From contig OZ316893.1 of the NCBI GenBank assembly GCA_973895155.1, forward strand, positions 7,774,963 through 7,838,962: 64,000 nt of DNA, given 5' to 3'. Within the stretch, counting starts at the first letter, position 1, and each line of letters opens with the position of its first letter. Below are positions 1 to 9,830 of this stretch, piece by piece. Made by a program: the position numbers and the translations under genes. The notes under the pieces were generated by a model. That model saw only the letters and a program-made list of their open reading frames with translations. It ran no database searches and was not told the DNA's origin. The stretch comes from Marsupella aquatica (taxonomy: Eukaryota; Plantae; Marchantiophyta).

Positions 1-1
1 C

Positions 2-1447
2 CTGTCGGCATCCCATACATAGCTGAGCTGGTTGTCCATCACCCTGTTTGCGTGCATTCGGGCATTCTCTAGCAAAATGGCCAGGTTGACCACAATTATA
101 GCACGCCGCAAATCTTTGCACATTCGGCCTAGGAGGTACTGACGGGTTCTGAATAATCCGAGGATACATCTCTCCTGGATTGTTCCTTAACCCTGACCAC
201 AGAGATGCAGGTCTGTTGGATAGGTCTCGTGCTCCAGTCTCACTGATGCCAAAAACACTATCAGCGGCATCTCCCAAAAAGTACTCTACTTCTCCCTGAC
301 ATGGTCTGATCTCGGCCACATGCCGAACATGATTAGTATTAAGCTTAGGACACGCATCTTTATGGTGTCCGGTTTTATAACATAAGGCACACCATACAGA
401 GCTATCCTCCTGTACTACCTTCTTCTTTGGTTTTACCTCTGCAATGATAGCCTTAAGTTGCTCGGTAAGGGCTACGATGTTATCTGGTGGCTTAGCCTCC
501 ATCTTGACTTTCGTCTTCCCTCTCCTTCTGCCCTTCCTTTTCCTAGTTTTTTCTTCTTCAGAACTAGAAGATGACTCACTCTTGCTACTCCCACTATCCG
601 AGCTTGACTTATCACTTCTAGACTTCTTGGGATGTTTCTTCTTCTTATCTTTTTTCTTATGGGGTGATCCCTCCTTTGATGAGGAACTCTCAGACTTAAG
701 CTGTTTCTTCCGGCTTGTGATATCTGCATTAATGTATAATTGAATATCCTTAATTGCTTCGGCTAAAGTCTCCGGGTTCTCCTTCCTAATTGCAAAACTC
801 ATCTTCTGTGGCAAAGCATTCACCAACCATTGAAGTTGCATACCTTCAGATGCATTGGTCTTTGTACGTCTTACCAGTTTCTGAAAGCGTTGCAAGAACT
901 TCCTGAAGGATTTGTTCTCCTTGAACCGAAGTTGTCCCAACTTCAGCACTGCTAGTTCTGAAGTTCCAATGGGTCGAAACTCCTTAACAAAGAGTGTTTT
1001 GAAGATATCCCAAATGGCTTGATCTTCCACATCTAATGCTCTGTACCAAGGCCTAGCCTCACCCTTGAACAGGCCGGGAAGAATCTGCATCTTGATGGCC
1101 GATTCTCCATTTGCTGCAGCGGTTCCCTCGAAATCATCCAACCATTCGTCCGGATCCTCATCTCCTCTCCCATGAAATGCCTTGTAATGTATGCGCGACC
1201 GCTGGCTCAATCTGGTCCCTGGCCTCTCGTCTGGCCGTGCCTCTGGTTCCCCCATGTCGGTTGGAGACTCACTTCTCCTTACCGACTCTTCTTCTGGTAT
1301 GTCTTCTTCGACGCCACTTCCAGTTTCGGAGCTACTAGCTCTTTCTGCCCCTCTCAGTCGCTGTGTATCATGCCACCCGGCGAGCTGCTGCAGTCGAGCT
1401 CTCTCCTGTTGAATCACTCTTTCTTCCCTCGGTGTAAGGTCAGTCAT
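2..1447 (-). CDS. gag: Gag polyprotein, N-terminal ~480 aa, open to the window edge
   Basis: Manual translation from ATG 1447 gives MTDLTPREE...FHGRGDEDPDEWLDDFE...LFKGEARPWY...WDIFKTLFVKEF (retrotransposon capsid-like), a Ser/Lys-rich linker, and CCHC knuckles CALCYKTGHHKDAC and CYNCGQPGHFAREC. A third knuckle appears to start (CMGCRQ) at the edge. Absent from the ORF track because there is no stop in the window. Confidence 0.92.
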   Translation of the reverse strand, partial: MTDLTPREERVIQQERARLQQLAGWHDTQRLRGAERASSSETGSGVEEDIPEEESVRRSESPTDMGEPEARPDERPGTRLSQRSRIHYKAFHGRGDEDPDEWLDDFEGTAAANGESAIKMQILPGLFKGEARPWYRALDVEDQAIWDIFKTLFVKEFRPIGTSELAVLKLGQLRFKENKSFRKFLQRFQKLVRRTKTNASEGMQLQWLVNALPQKMSFAIRKENPETLAEAIKDIQLYINADITSRKKQLKSESSSSKEGSPHKKKDKKKKHPKKSRSDKSSSDSGSSKSESSSSSEEEKTRKRKGRRRGKTKVKMEAKPPDNIVALTEQLKAIIAEVKPKKKVVQEDSSVWCALCYKTGHHKDACPKLNTNHVRHVAEIRPCQGEVEYFLGDAADSVFGISETGARDLSNRPASLWSGLRNNPGEMYPRIIQNPSVPPRPNVQRFAACYNCGQPGHFARECPNARKQGDGQPAQLCMGCRQ

Positions 1448-1494
1448 TACCTACGCTTCCGTTCTAACTTCATATCTCACGGCTTAAGAAATGC

Positions 1495-1512
1495 CCCCTC
1501 CATCTAGCGCCA
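1495..1512 (-). promoter_or_regulatory. Primer-binding site (TGGCGCTAGATGGAGGGG)
   Basis: Begins with TGG, 4 nt (TTTT) after the LTR-terminal CA, and lies upstream of gag. Cognate primer not identified. Confidence 0.75.
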
Positions 1513-1516
1513 AAAA

Positions 1517-4500
1517 TGTGGTGCGTCCCATGGCTCCCTAAACCCAAGAAACCCCCCAGCTCAAGCCGATTCCCGCAGGTTTCGTGCTTGGCGAGGCCGT
1601 TTCCGCGGCTTAGCGGCATGGGACGCTGCTAACCTTCTACTACTACTATTAACATTTTACACACATATACTGGACAGATCCTTCATCGGGTCATGAGATA
1701 CGTAGTCGGCCTAATCTAGGTCTTCCCCTGTCTTCCCCTCCGTCTTGTTAGGTATGTTTGGATTCCGCCGCCGGAATGATCCCCAATAGGCTTGGTTAAG
1801 CCGCTAAGACCTCTCTCAGCTCGACACATCCAACTCTCACTCCCCTGCTTACTTTCCTTCCTTCTGTTGATGTGGGCACTCTTCACACAAGTTAATGCGA
1901 CACACAAATAGCAAAATGACTCATTCTGACTGAGTCATACCATGCACTTGCCATACAAACAGTACATCTCATACACAAGTTCTGCGAACTAAGCCGTGAG
2001 GCCAACTCTATTCAGCTCTTAGGCATGAGGAAACATGAATATACACAAGGGTCACTGTATGACTAACCGAGAGCTTCTCGTACTACTTGATCCCAGCCCG
2101 GCTGGTGCAAACTAAAAACTTGCTAAAGAAGAGGCCCTGAGCTCCCCGCTGCCCAGGTACTTATCCTGGTAGTGGATCCGCCATTCTTTGCATCGTAAGC
2201 CTAATCTACTTAACAGTAATCTACTTGCCCGAATCTACCTATGTACAGCAAGGCAGGAGCACAAGTGTTGCTCCTACCAGTGGGACCGCAATCCCACTAA
2301 GCTAAGTGTCAGGGCCGCTCCTGGTTCTGATCCTAATCCTAAACGTGGAGATCCGCGCCCGCCCTGCCCACTCACGCCTCCTCCCTCCACGTCCGCCCTC
2401 CCTAAAAGGAACGGCGCCCTTGCACCGTCACGACACCGGTGGTGGATCCTTAATGGACGCCCCCAACGCTTCCTCCTCAGCCACTGCCGTAGGTTCATTC
2501 TCTGACAGATTACCTGCCCTTGACTGAGTCAACTCTCCATCGGCCTGACTGGGTCCACCCCCGGCAATGGCATCGGCTTCAACATCAGCCTCAGCTACAG
2601 CCTCAGCATCGGCCACGGCCTCGGCAATACCCACGGTCCACCTTCGGCTTCAGCCTCGACACCGGCCTCGGCAATACCCACGGCTTCGGCCTTAGCCACT
2701 CCCTCGGCTTCGGCCTCCCCTTCCCCTAGGGTAGTTGGATCCCTAGCCGTGACCCTGTCTGGGGTCGGTGCTGGGTCTACCTCCTTGATCACCACGGCCT
2801 GTGAAGTCGTATTACTCCTTGACCCTGAAGGTTTCCGCTTCTTCTTCGTTGGTGGCTCGGCAGCTGGTCCCTTCCCCTTCCCACTTACTTCCGGCACTGG
2901 TGCAGGTGGCGCGGCTTGTCCTTCGGCAATTACCACCCCTGGTAACTAGTTTGTCCCAACGGGAGATGGACCTGCTGCAGCTAAGCATTTAAATACTGCG
3001 GCTTGTTTCTTCAGCCGCTCTGTTTGGTTGTCGGCCCGCCGCTGTAGGTTCTCCATCTTCCTCGTGATTTCCTCCAACTCCTCTTGGGTTTCATCCAGGT
3101 CCTTACGTGCCCCCTCCAGCTCATTTTTGGCCTCCTCCTGCTCCCTGTGGGCTTCCTCCAATTCCTTCTTCAAGGTAGCCCTCTCCTCCTGGGTTGCTCT
3201 TAGCTCCTTGTCGAGCTCTGCAATGATGACAGACTCCATCTGGTTCATCTTGGCGTAAGTCTGTTCGAGCATCTCGTCCTTCTCCCTTAGGTCGGCCTTG
3301 AAGCTGGCCGTCAGGGACGCAAGCTCCTGCTGCAGTGCCATAATCCCTTGATAGGATTTCCCTAACTCGACCTCCTTCTGCTCAAGGGCTCCGCGGATTT
3401 TCTCGAGCTCCCCTTTCAACGCCCATTCCTTTCTTTGGGTCTCCGCCATGGCCCGGCTGTTGGCTGTTATGTGGGCCTCCTCTGTATTCTTCAGCTCTTG
3501 CTTCCACTTCTCCCTCTCTTTGATCGTGTCGGCCAACTCTCCCTGCGTCTGAGTTAGTTTATCCTTGATATTCTGATTATCAGCCTGCGCGGTGTCCAAC
3601 TGCCCCTGCATGATGTTCAGCTCATGTCATTTAATCCGCAGTTCATCTTGGGCTTTCTTGGCCGCCCCTAGATCTTCAATCTCGGCTTCCATCCTCCTAA
3701 GCCGCCGAATGACCTCGTCCTTCTTGCTTCTCTCTAAAGCCACCGCTTCTTCTAATTGGTGCTTCTCCAACTGCTCCCTATGGAAAAAGGGTCCTACCTC
3801 CAACTCCTCTCCAAAGATGCCGAGCGCAAGTTCCCCACACATCTCACCATACTCCATGGCTCTATTCTTAGCGTAGGTGGAGTAAGTAGAAGTGATCGGC
3901 ATCGCCCATCATGGCCTCTGCTCCCAAGCCGTCCTGCGGATCTCTTCAATCGTGGCTAGAGGTTTGCTTCCTTTTTCGGCTAGCCGCCTGATGTCCTCCG
4001 GCCAATCTCCTCCTGGTAAATCCTTTTCCTTAGCCAGGGCGGCCTTCTCCTCCTGCTTGATTCGCTCCTGAAATTCCTGCACCGTCTGTTTTATGCCGTC
4101 GAAGCTCGGGGGAGCAACATCTGGTGGGGGAGACTCAGGGCTACTCTGCTGGTTGGGGTCCCCTCGCACTACCCTTGGAAGTGTGGGGACAAACCGGCCA
4201 CAGGTCCTTACTCCTGGAACGTGATGGTCCGACCCATAGCCGGAATTATCATGGCTGCAGTCCTCCATTGCCTCCTCTACCTCTTGGACGTCCGGCTTCT
4301 CCCTCTCCTCTTCGTCGGTAGGAGCTTTAGGCAATTCTGCCTCAGATTCGGAGCTTGAGGTTCCCACGTACATTCGAACACCTGGCTTGGATTCCGGCCT
4401 GATTCTCTCCTTGTCTCCAGCAAAGGGGTTTTCTCTTGTGAGCCGGTGTAGGCCTACCTCTGTAGTAGTGTCCTGCATTGTTGCCATTGCCGTTGTTGTT

Positions 4501-6225
4501 GCCGATGCCGATTTCTTTTCTTTCTCCAGTAGTTTCAGCAGACTCTGCATGCCTGGTTGCTGCATCGGCAAGTCTTCCTTCCTGGGCCTAAACACCTGCT
4601 CGATCGTAGGACTAACAGGTGGTTGAGGCTTCTCAGCCAACGGCCTCGGCGTTGGAGCTTCCTCGGGTGCCCTTACCTGCAGGGGAAGTACCGGGGCAAA
4701 AGTCTGACCTCTGGCATACCGGCACAACAGCGGCATGTGATAGCCAAGCCGCGACACGCTCCCCATGCCGATTACCTGCTGCTCCTCCTTTAAGATCTTC
4801 TTCAATTGGTTGAGGAGGTACCCGTTGTAGTCCCGGCTTGGGTCTGGCCTTTCTGCCAGATAGACCTGTGCCTTGCCGATCTCTGCCCTCGGCAAGTTAC
4901 AATGCATGGTCACCCGCAAGAAGTCGATCATCTCTCCTATGTGCGGGTTGGTGCAGGTGTTCCGGAAGAAGCCATTCTTCGTTGATGGCCCGGGGAACGA
5001 CCGGAACTCCTTGTCAGGCAAGGTCTTCCTGGTATCAACTTTGGTCTTATTGCCTATCGGCAAGCCAAACACTTCGGCAATTACCTTGGGAGTAAGATAG
5101 AAATCCTTCCCATATATCCTCGTGCAATTGGTCTCGGGTTCCCATGACCCCACGAATTCTAATAGGTCTGACTCCGGTACCTCCGGCTTCAGCCATGGTA
5201 ATCTTACAAAGGCCTCTAAGCCGGATCCGGCCATGAAGCCTTGGTACTTCTTGGTCTGCATGGCCGTAAAGCATGCATCCTCCTCCCGTGCAAAATGTAG
5301 TTGCACCTCCACCGGTAGGGTTGCCGCCCAGCCCTTCCAGGTGTCATCCCTGGTTGGAATGGCCTTGATGGGATCGACCTCCTCCTCTTCGGCTTCTCCC
5401 TGCCTCCTGCTCTGCTGCTCGGCTGGCCTCTTTGGTGCCGCCGACCTCGTTCTTTTTGCCGGGGTGGCTTCATCGTTGACGGCCCCCTTCCTCTTCATCT
5501 CTGCTGCCGTGGAGGTTTCTCCTAGCACCGTTGCCTGGGTCCACCTTTCCGTGCTACCCTTTAATTCCCAGTGTATGTCGTTGCAATTCTTGATGGCCTC
5601 TCGGATGCCGACAACGCTGTCTTTGCAAAACAGAAGATCGTCGAGTTGATTGGAAGTAGGCGTCCACAGGAACTCGTCCTTGATGAGTTCGCCTCCTAAG
5701 AAAGCCGTCTTCTGCAGCTCCCACAATCGAGCGAGCTCCTGCCGTTCTCGAGCTGCCCTTTCTGACTCCTCGTCCTCGTAAGTCTTGATGTACTCAGTTG
5801 CCCGTTCGAACAGGCATCCCCAGAAATGTGCCGCTTGATTGACGTTGCTCATACCCTCCTTAGGTCGATCGTCGGTATCTATTCTCTCCCCGAGTGCTTG
5901 CCTAAGCAGCTGACAGTAGTTGGCCTCCCGTAGTCGTCTGCCTAGTTCGTGCTCGCAAATGAGCCACCATCTCCTGCAAGCGCTCCTTACCCCTCTCCTC
6001 TGCCGGTCCTTCTTCCCATTGATCCTTCCTAGCCACCGACGCTTAACGCGCCCTAACCCTAATCGGGTTTTCACCCTCAGCCTTACCTCCGGCCTCTGCC
6101 CGGGTTCCATGGTTGCCCCTAATTGTTTATATTTTCCTTGTTTTGTCCCTATACTAAGGTGTTCCTAGGGTGCCTTCCTGCTTTACCCACTTAACCGGCT
6201 GAGTGATTCCTGTCTAGGCATCACA
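1517..6225 (-). repeat. 5' LTR, 4709 bp (family A)
   Basis: TG...CA ends; aligns end to end, in inverted orientation, with 44578-49243; followed by PBS and gag. Confidence 0.93.
2428..6110 (-). pseudogene. LTR-encoded ~1200-aa protein (plant-transposon accessory domain + long coiled coil), disrupted copy
   Basis: ORF pieces 6110-3909, 3902-3627, 3611-2946 and 2936-2595 share one frame, with a frameshift to 2634-2428. The stops correspond to sense codons in the 44693-48322 copy. Confidence 0.88.
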
Positions 6226-8327
6226 CTATAGTTCCCCGCGGGAAGGTCTTTAGGTAGAGTTTGGACTGAACAGCTTGCCAACGGGCTCGAAAATTATGAA
6301 TAAGAAATGTCTTCATTGTACCTAGTACGTGCAGCTTGAAATCAGGAAGAGAAGTTCTTCGATGCACCATCCGCAAGCGCTTTACCTTCTGTTGTGCGCT
6401 TTCAGCAGTCCCTTTTTTCTTTTCTCTCTTGTTCTGTGTCTTCTCATCTAGCTCCACGTATTGAAAGGTTTCCCAATCAATATAAGGTGTCTCTATGATG
6501 TCCATCTCCATTTCACACCATGACAACTTGTGAACTCCACATCTCTCACACTGACCAAAAATACAACTCTTCCGGTGCCATTCCTGACCCTCAAGCTTAG
6601 GACAAACTGCTCCTTCCATCCATTCTCGTACTGAAGTAATGGATGTCTTAGAGGCAATACAACTGCGACCCTCTAAAGAAGCATTGGGTGATCTACATAT
6701 GGAACACTCACAATTACAATCCTTTTGGTGCTGGTGTCTCCTGAACTTGTTGAGTGCCTCTTTCAACAGGTCCATTTCAACATGTTGTTTGCAGCAACAA
6801 ACCATTCTATCCTTCATAGTGCGGATATAGTATGGCTTTAATTGTTGAAAAGATCTGAGACCTATAGAAATGCCATTCCCCTCCACGGTGCACCAATTTT
6901 CGAATTTCATGAAGAGCTCAACCTGCAAGACACGCAATATGAAATCAGGATCCATTCGCCAGGGGGTAAGGTTCAGCTTACTCATAGAAACTTTGTCATG
7001 CACTTCAGAGAATACGAGTTCAACACGATCATACTATTAGCAAAAAATAATTATTTACCTCAGTATCCTCAAGCCAATGCTTGGAATGCTTCTCGTACTG
7101 CTTCAAACCTAGGCGTAGTTTGGCCACATCCTTCTTGCAAGGAGAAATTCGAGTATTGCTCTCCCAGTATTGTTCCACAATCTTTCGCACCTCAATAGAA
7201 ATCTTGTCACTCCTAACCTTTCGGTCACCGGTAGGATATCTCAATGCTGCATCCTGATCAAGCTGTTTCCTCATTGCACCTGCTTTGTGGATGTTTTGAC
7301 GTTTGACACCCAAAGTTGTGGCCAATGAGGTCTGGTATCTACTCCCTACTATGGACTCTCCTACCAGCGATATCAAGAGCGCTCTCTTCATGGCTAGATG
7401 ATCTTTGCGTCTAGCTGATTTCACAATTTTTAGAGATTTAACAAGGTCAATCACGGCAGACCCTACAGATGCATCTAGCCTTGCACACCCAAGCGCTGCA
7501 GGCTGGTATTGTCTCAAAGCACTATGCAACCAAAATCTCTCCATAACTAGCTTTCTAGCAGCCACATTAAGGTCTTTCATTCGACTCATTAAAACCCTAA
7601 TGAAATTGGAAACTAATCTATTGATGCACTGTCACTTCCGGTTTGGGATAGGATCACCGTGGTCACTACATACCCCCGTTCTCTTCATGCGGGTGCAAGA
7701 TTGGTGCTCCTCTTGGTATTGAGCTCGTTTCCTTGCTGCGTCTCTTCTCCGAAATGCTACAGCCTTGTCCAAATCATGAACTTGAAACTCTGGCTCATCA
7801 ATAGACACTGCGAGTTGCGCATTCAATGCTTGGAGACGTGCTTCCCTTCTGCCTATGGTTGCATTCAAAACACAGACTCTTTCCTTGCCTTTAGCAACTT
7901 CCTCTTGCAAGTTTGAAAGCATGGTGTGTAACAACGGAGCAACCTCACTCTGTGCTTGGGCAGCGATTTCTCGTATGTCATCCATAGCAGCCATCTTTAG
8001 CGCCTCGCATTGTTGATTCACACCACGAAGCAATTGCTGCCCTTCTTGCTCTGCCTCAGTGAGCATGTTTTCACATTGTAACTCCGCATCCGCAAGCATA
8101 TCCGAACCTTGTTGCTCCGCATCTGCAAGAATGTCATTACAGTGCTGCTCTGCATCCGCAAGAACCTCGTTCTCCCAATTGCACTGAGTGGTTGCATCTT
8201 TTTTCTTCCTCTCAGACTGATCGTAGTATTTCTGACGCCTTCTTTGGTTACGAGCCTCTCTCTTTATCCTTTCAAGTGCATCTTCTACGTTACTAAGAAT
8301 CACCATCTCTCGTTGATGAATTTGCAA
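6226..8327 (-). pseudogene. Sola2-like DDE transposase gene (N-terminal coiled coil, Cys-rich region), truncated by the LTR insertion
   Basis: Motifs IGLRSFQQLKPYYI...CCCKQH, CIFGQCERCG, W-E-T-F and FLIHNFRARWQ...PRGTIV. These normally precede the DFxENY catalytic motif, which is cut off by the LTR at 6225. GT-AG intron at about 7058-6924 joins EDTE to VELF. Homologous to 55391-56704. Confidence 0.6.
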
Positions 8328-8365
8328 ATAAGCTCTGTATGTGCCCGCCCTCTACGCACTCACCT

Positions 8366-9830
8366 CTACTCTAAATATCTCCGACTTCCGAAATGGAATT
8401 GTTCATGAATAAGGAAGACTCTCAAGTGAAAGGAGGGATCTGAAAATAATGCAACATCAAACCTGACCGTGTGCATTCTTTCAAGCGTTTCTTTAAGAAT
8501 GGGAATATTGAAAGCATTGCGTGTTGTGCCTCGAGCTTTGGATACAGAGTCCGACGCAACATTCAAAATAAGTCACAAAGCTCCAAAGGAGTCGTCGGGC
8601 AACAGTGGTTGCAACAGTCCTTGTTTTGGATTTAGCATAAAGTTTGGGATGTCTTAATTGATATTTTGAAATTTGAACCGTCCTAAAACCGGCGTCTATA
8701 ATCAAACAAAGATCCTTAATCACTAACAACTAGCTTTTGGGGCCACCACTTCGCTTTAGAGGGGTACATTCAATGCATATTTGGACTCAAATTCAAATCT
8801 AACCTTTGGATGGGCACGAAACAGATCTGGGCCCTTCCATGTCACATTTTGGTCATTGGAGAATATTCTGAGAATTAGTTCAAGGACCCAAGTCCTTTTG
8901 GTGGAGAAAGTGGAGATCCTTTTAGTACCCCTCTAGCTTGCTTTTGACCTTTGTAACAAACTGAACTAGATCATCAAACGAACTACAATTCCACTCTTCC
9001 AATCTATTCGCGGGCATGGTTTGCTCAACTTCACGTAGACATGAATGTAACATGCCAGCAGCAATTCCCTCCACACTATTCCAAGTGATCCAAGTGTGGC
9101 ACCACTGTTTGACTGGATCATCGTTAACACTTGCTGGGTGAAAAAACTGTCTCCGCAGCTCAGGATTGCAATGTGCCACAAGTAAAGTGCTTCGTAACTT
9201 TGGGTCTAGAGCAGAAACAGCGGTGAACAATCGTGCGCGGTCCATCGTACATACAACGGTGTCAGGCTTCTTCTCTCTCTTGTTTCTCTTTGTGATAGCA
9301 TACATTTATGCACATGTACTGAGGAAATCTTCAAATTCAGGACTTAATAAGGGCGTAATTTTTGAAGACTTCACTGCCCAATCTTTGGTTGCATCTTTCA
9401 TCATGGCCGCATACCGTTTTGAAATCTCGTCCGCCGACCATGGACTCCCTTGAGCCTCCGCTGCCTCCATGTCGAGTTTGAATTGATGCGAGTACGACTT
9501 TATCTTATTCTCACAAAGAATGTAAACAAGTGCTTCTTGTGGCATCTTCTTCGTATACCATGACCCCTTCCGAGTTTTCAGCCGAATGCTTTCAAACTTC
9601 TTGAAATTACCCAGGTCAATCAGTTTACTGTAATACTCAAGGTCATGCGCCAGAATTTGTTTGATTCTGTCCACATCCAGGATCCAGGAAGGCTCTCCCC
9701 GTCCCCATGGAAGATACGTACAAGCAGGTCCGGGAGAGGTATCTCTGCGGGAGATTTGATTTGAAGATGAATGACATTGAGGCCATTGTTCGAGAGCTTG
9801 AATCCATTGATGATATCGAGGATGCTGCAA
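8366..9830 (-). pseudogene. Uncharacterised degraded coding region, possibly the N-terminal extension of the Sola2-like gene
   Basis: ORFs 9830-9306 and 9305-8922 abut in frame. Removing the MITE 8759-8933 plus one TA joins KSKL to KRSGGPKS*LLVIKDLCLII (ORF 8729-8493). Confidence 0.55.
8759..8933. mobile_element. 175-bp MITE, TIR GAGGGGTAC, TA target duplication
   Basis: TA|GAGGGGTACA...GTACCCCTC|TA; excision restores the surrounding reading frame; related sequence at 54946-55100. Confidence 0.75.

Larger units (their letters stand above)
1..6225 (-). mobile_element. LTR retrotransposon, 5' part (5' LTR + PBS + gag); probably Ty3/gypsy non-chromovirus (Tat/Athila-like); continues beyond the left window edge
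   Basis: Minus-strand order is LTR (TGTGATG...CACCACA), then PBS-like TGGCGCTAGATGGAGGGG, then gag. The LTR matches the TSD-flanked solo LTR at 44578-49243. pol is not in the window, so the superfamily is inferred. Confidence 0.9.

Noticed and set aside
444-6168. Plus-strand ORFs over gag and the LTR ORF (and minus-strand ORFs over 44635-48460)
   Set aside because: Antisense shadows of the real frames, with Ser/Leu/Phe-rich low-complexity translations.
8759-8933. GAGGGGTAC as the true 5' TIR of the Sola2-like elements
   Set aside because: The motif has its own inverted partner 175 bp away with TA flanks, and it interrupts a continuing reading frame, so a MITE fits better.
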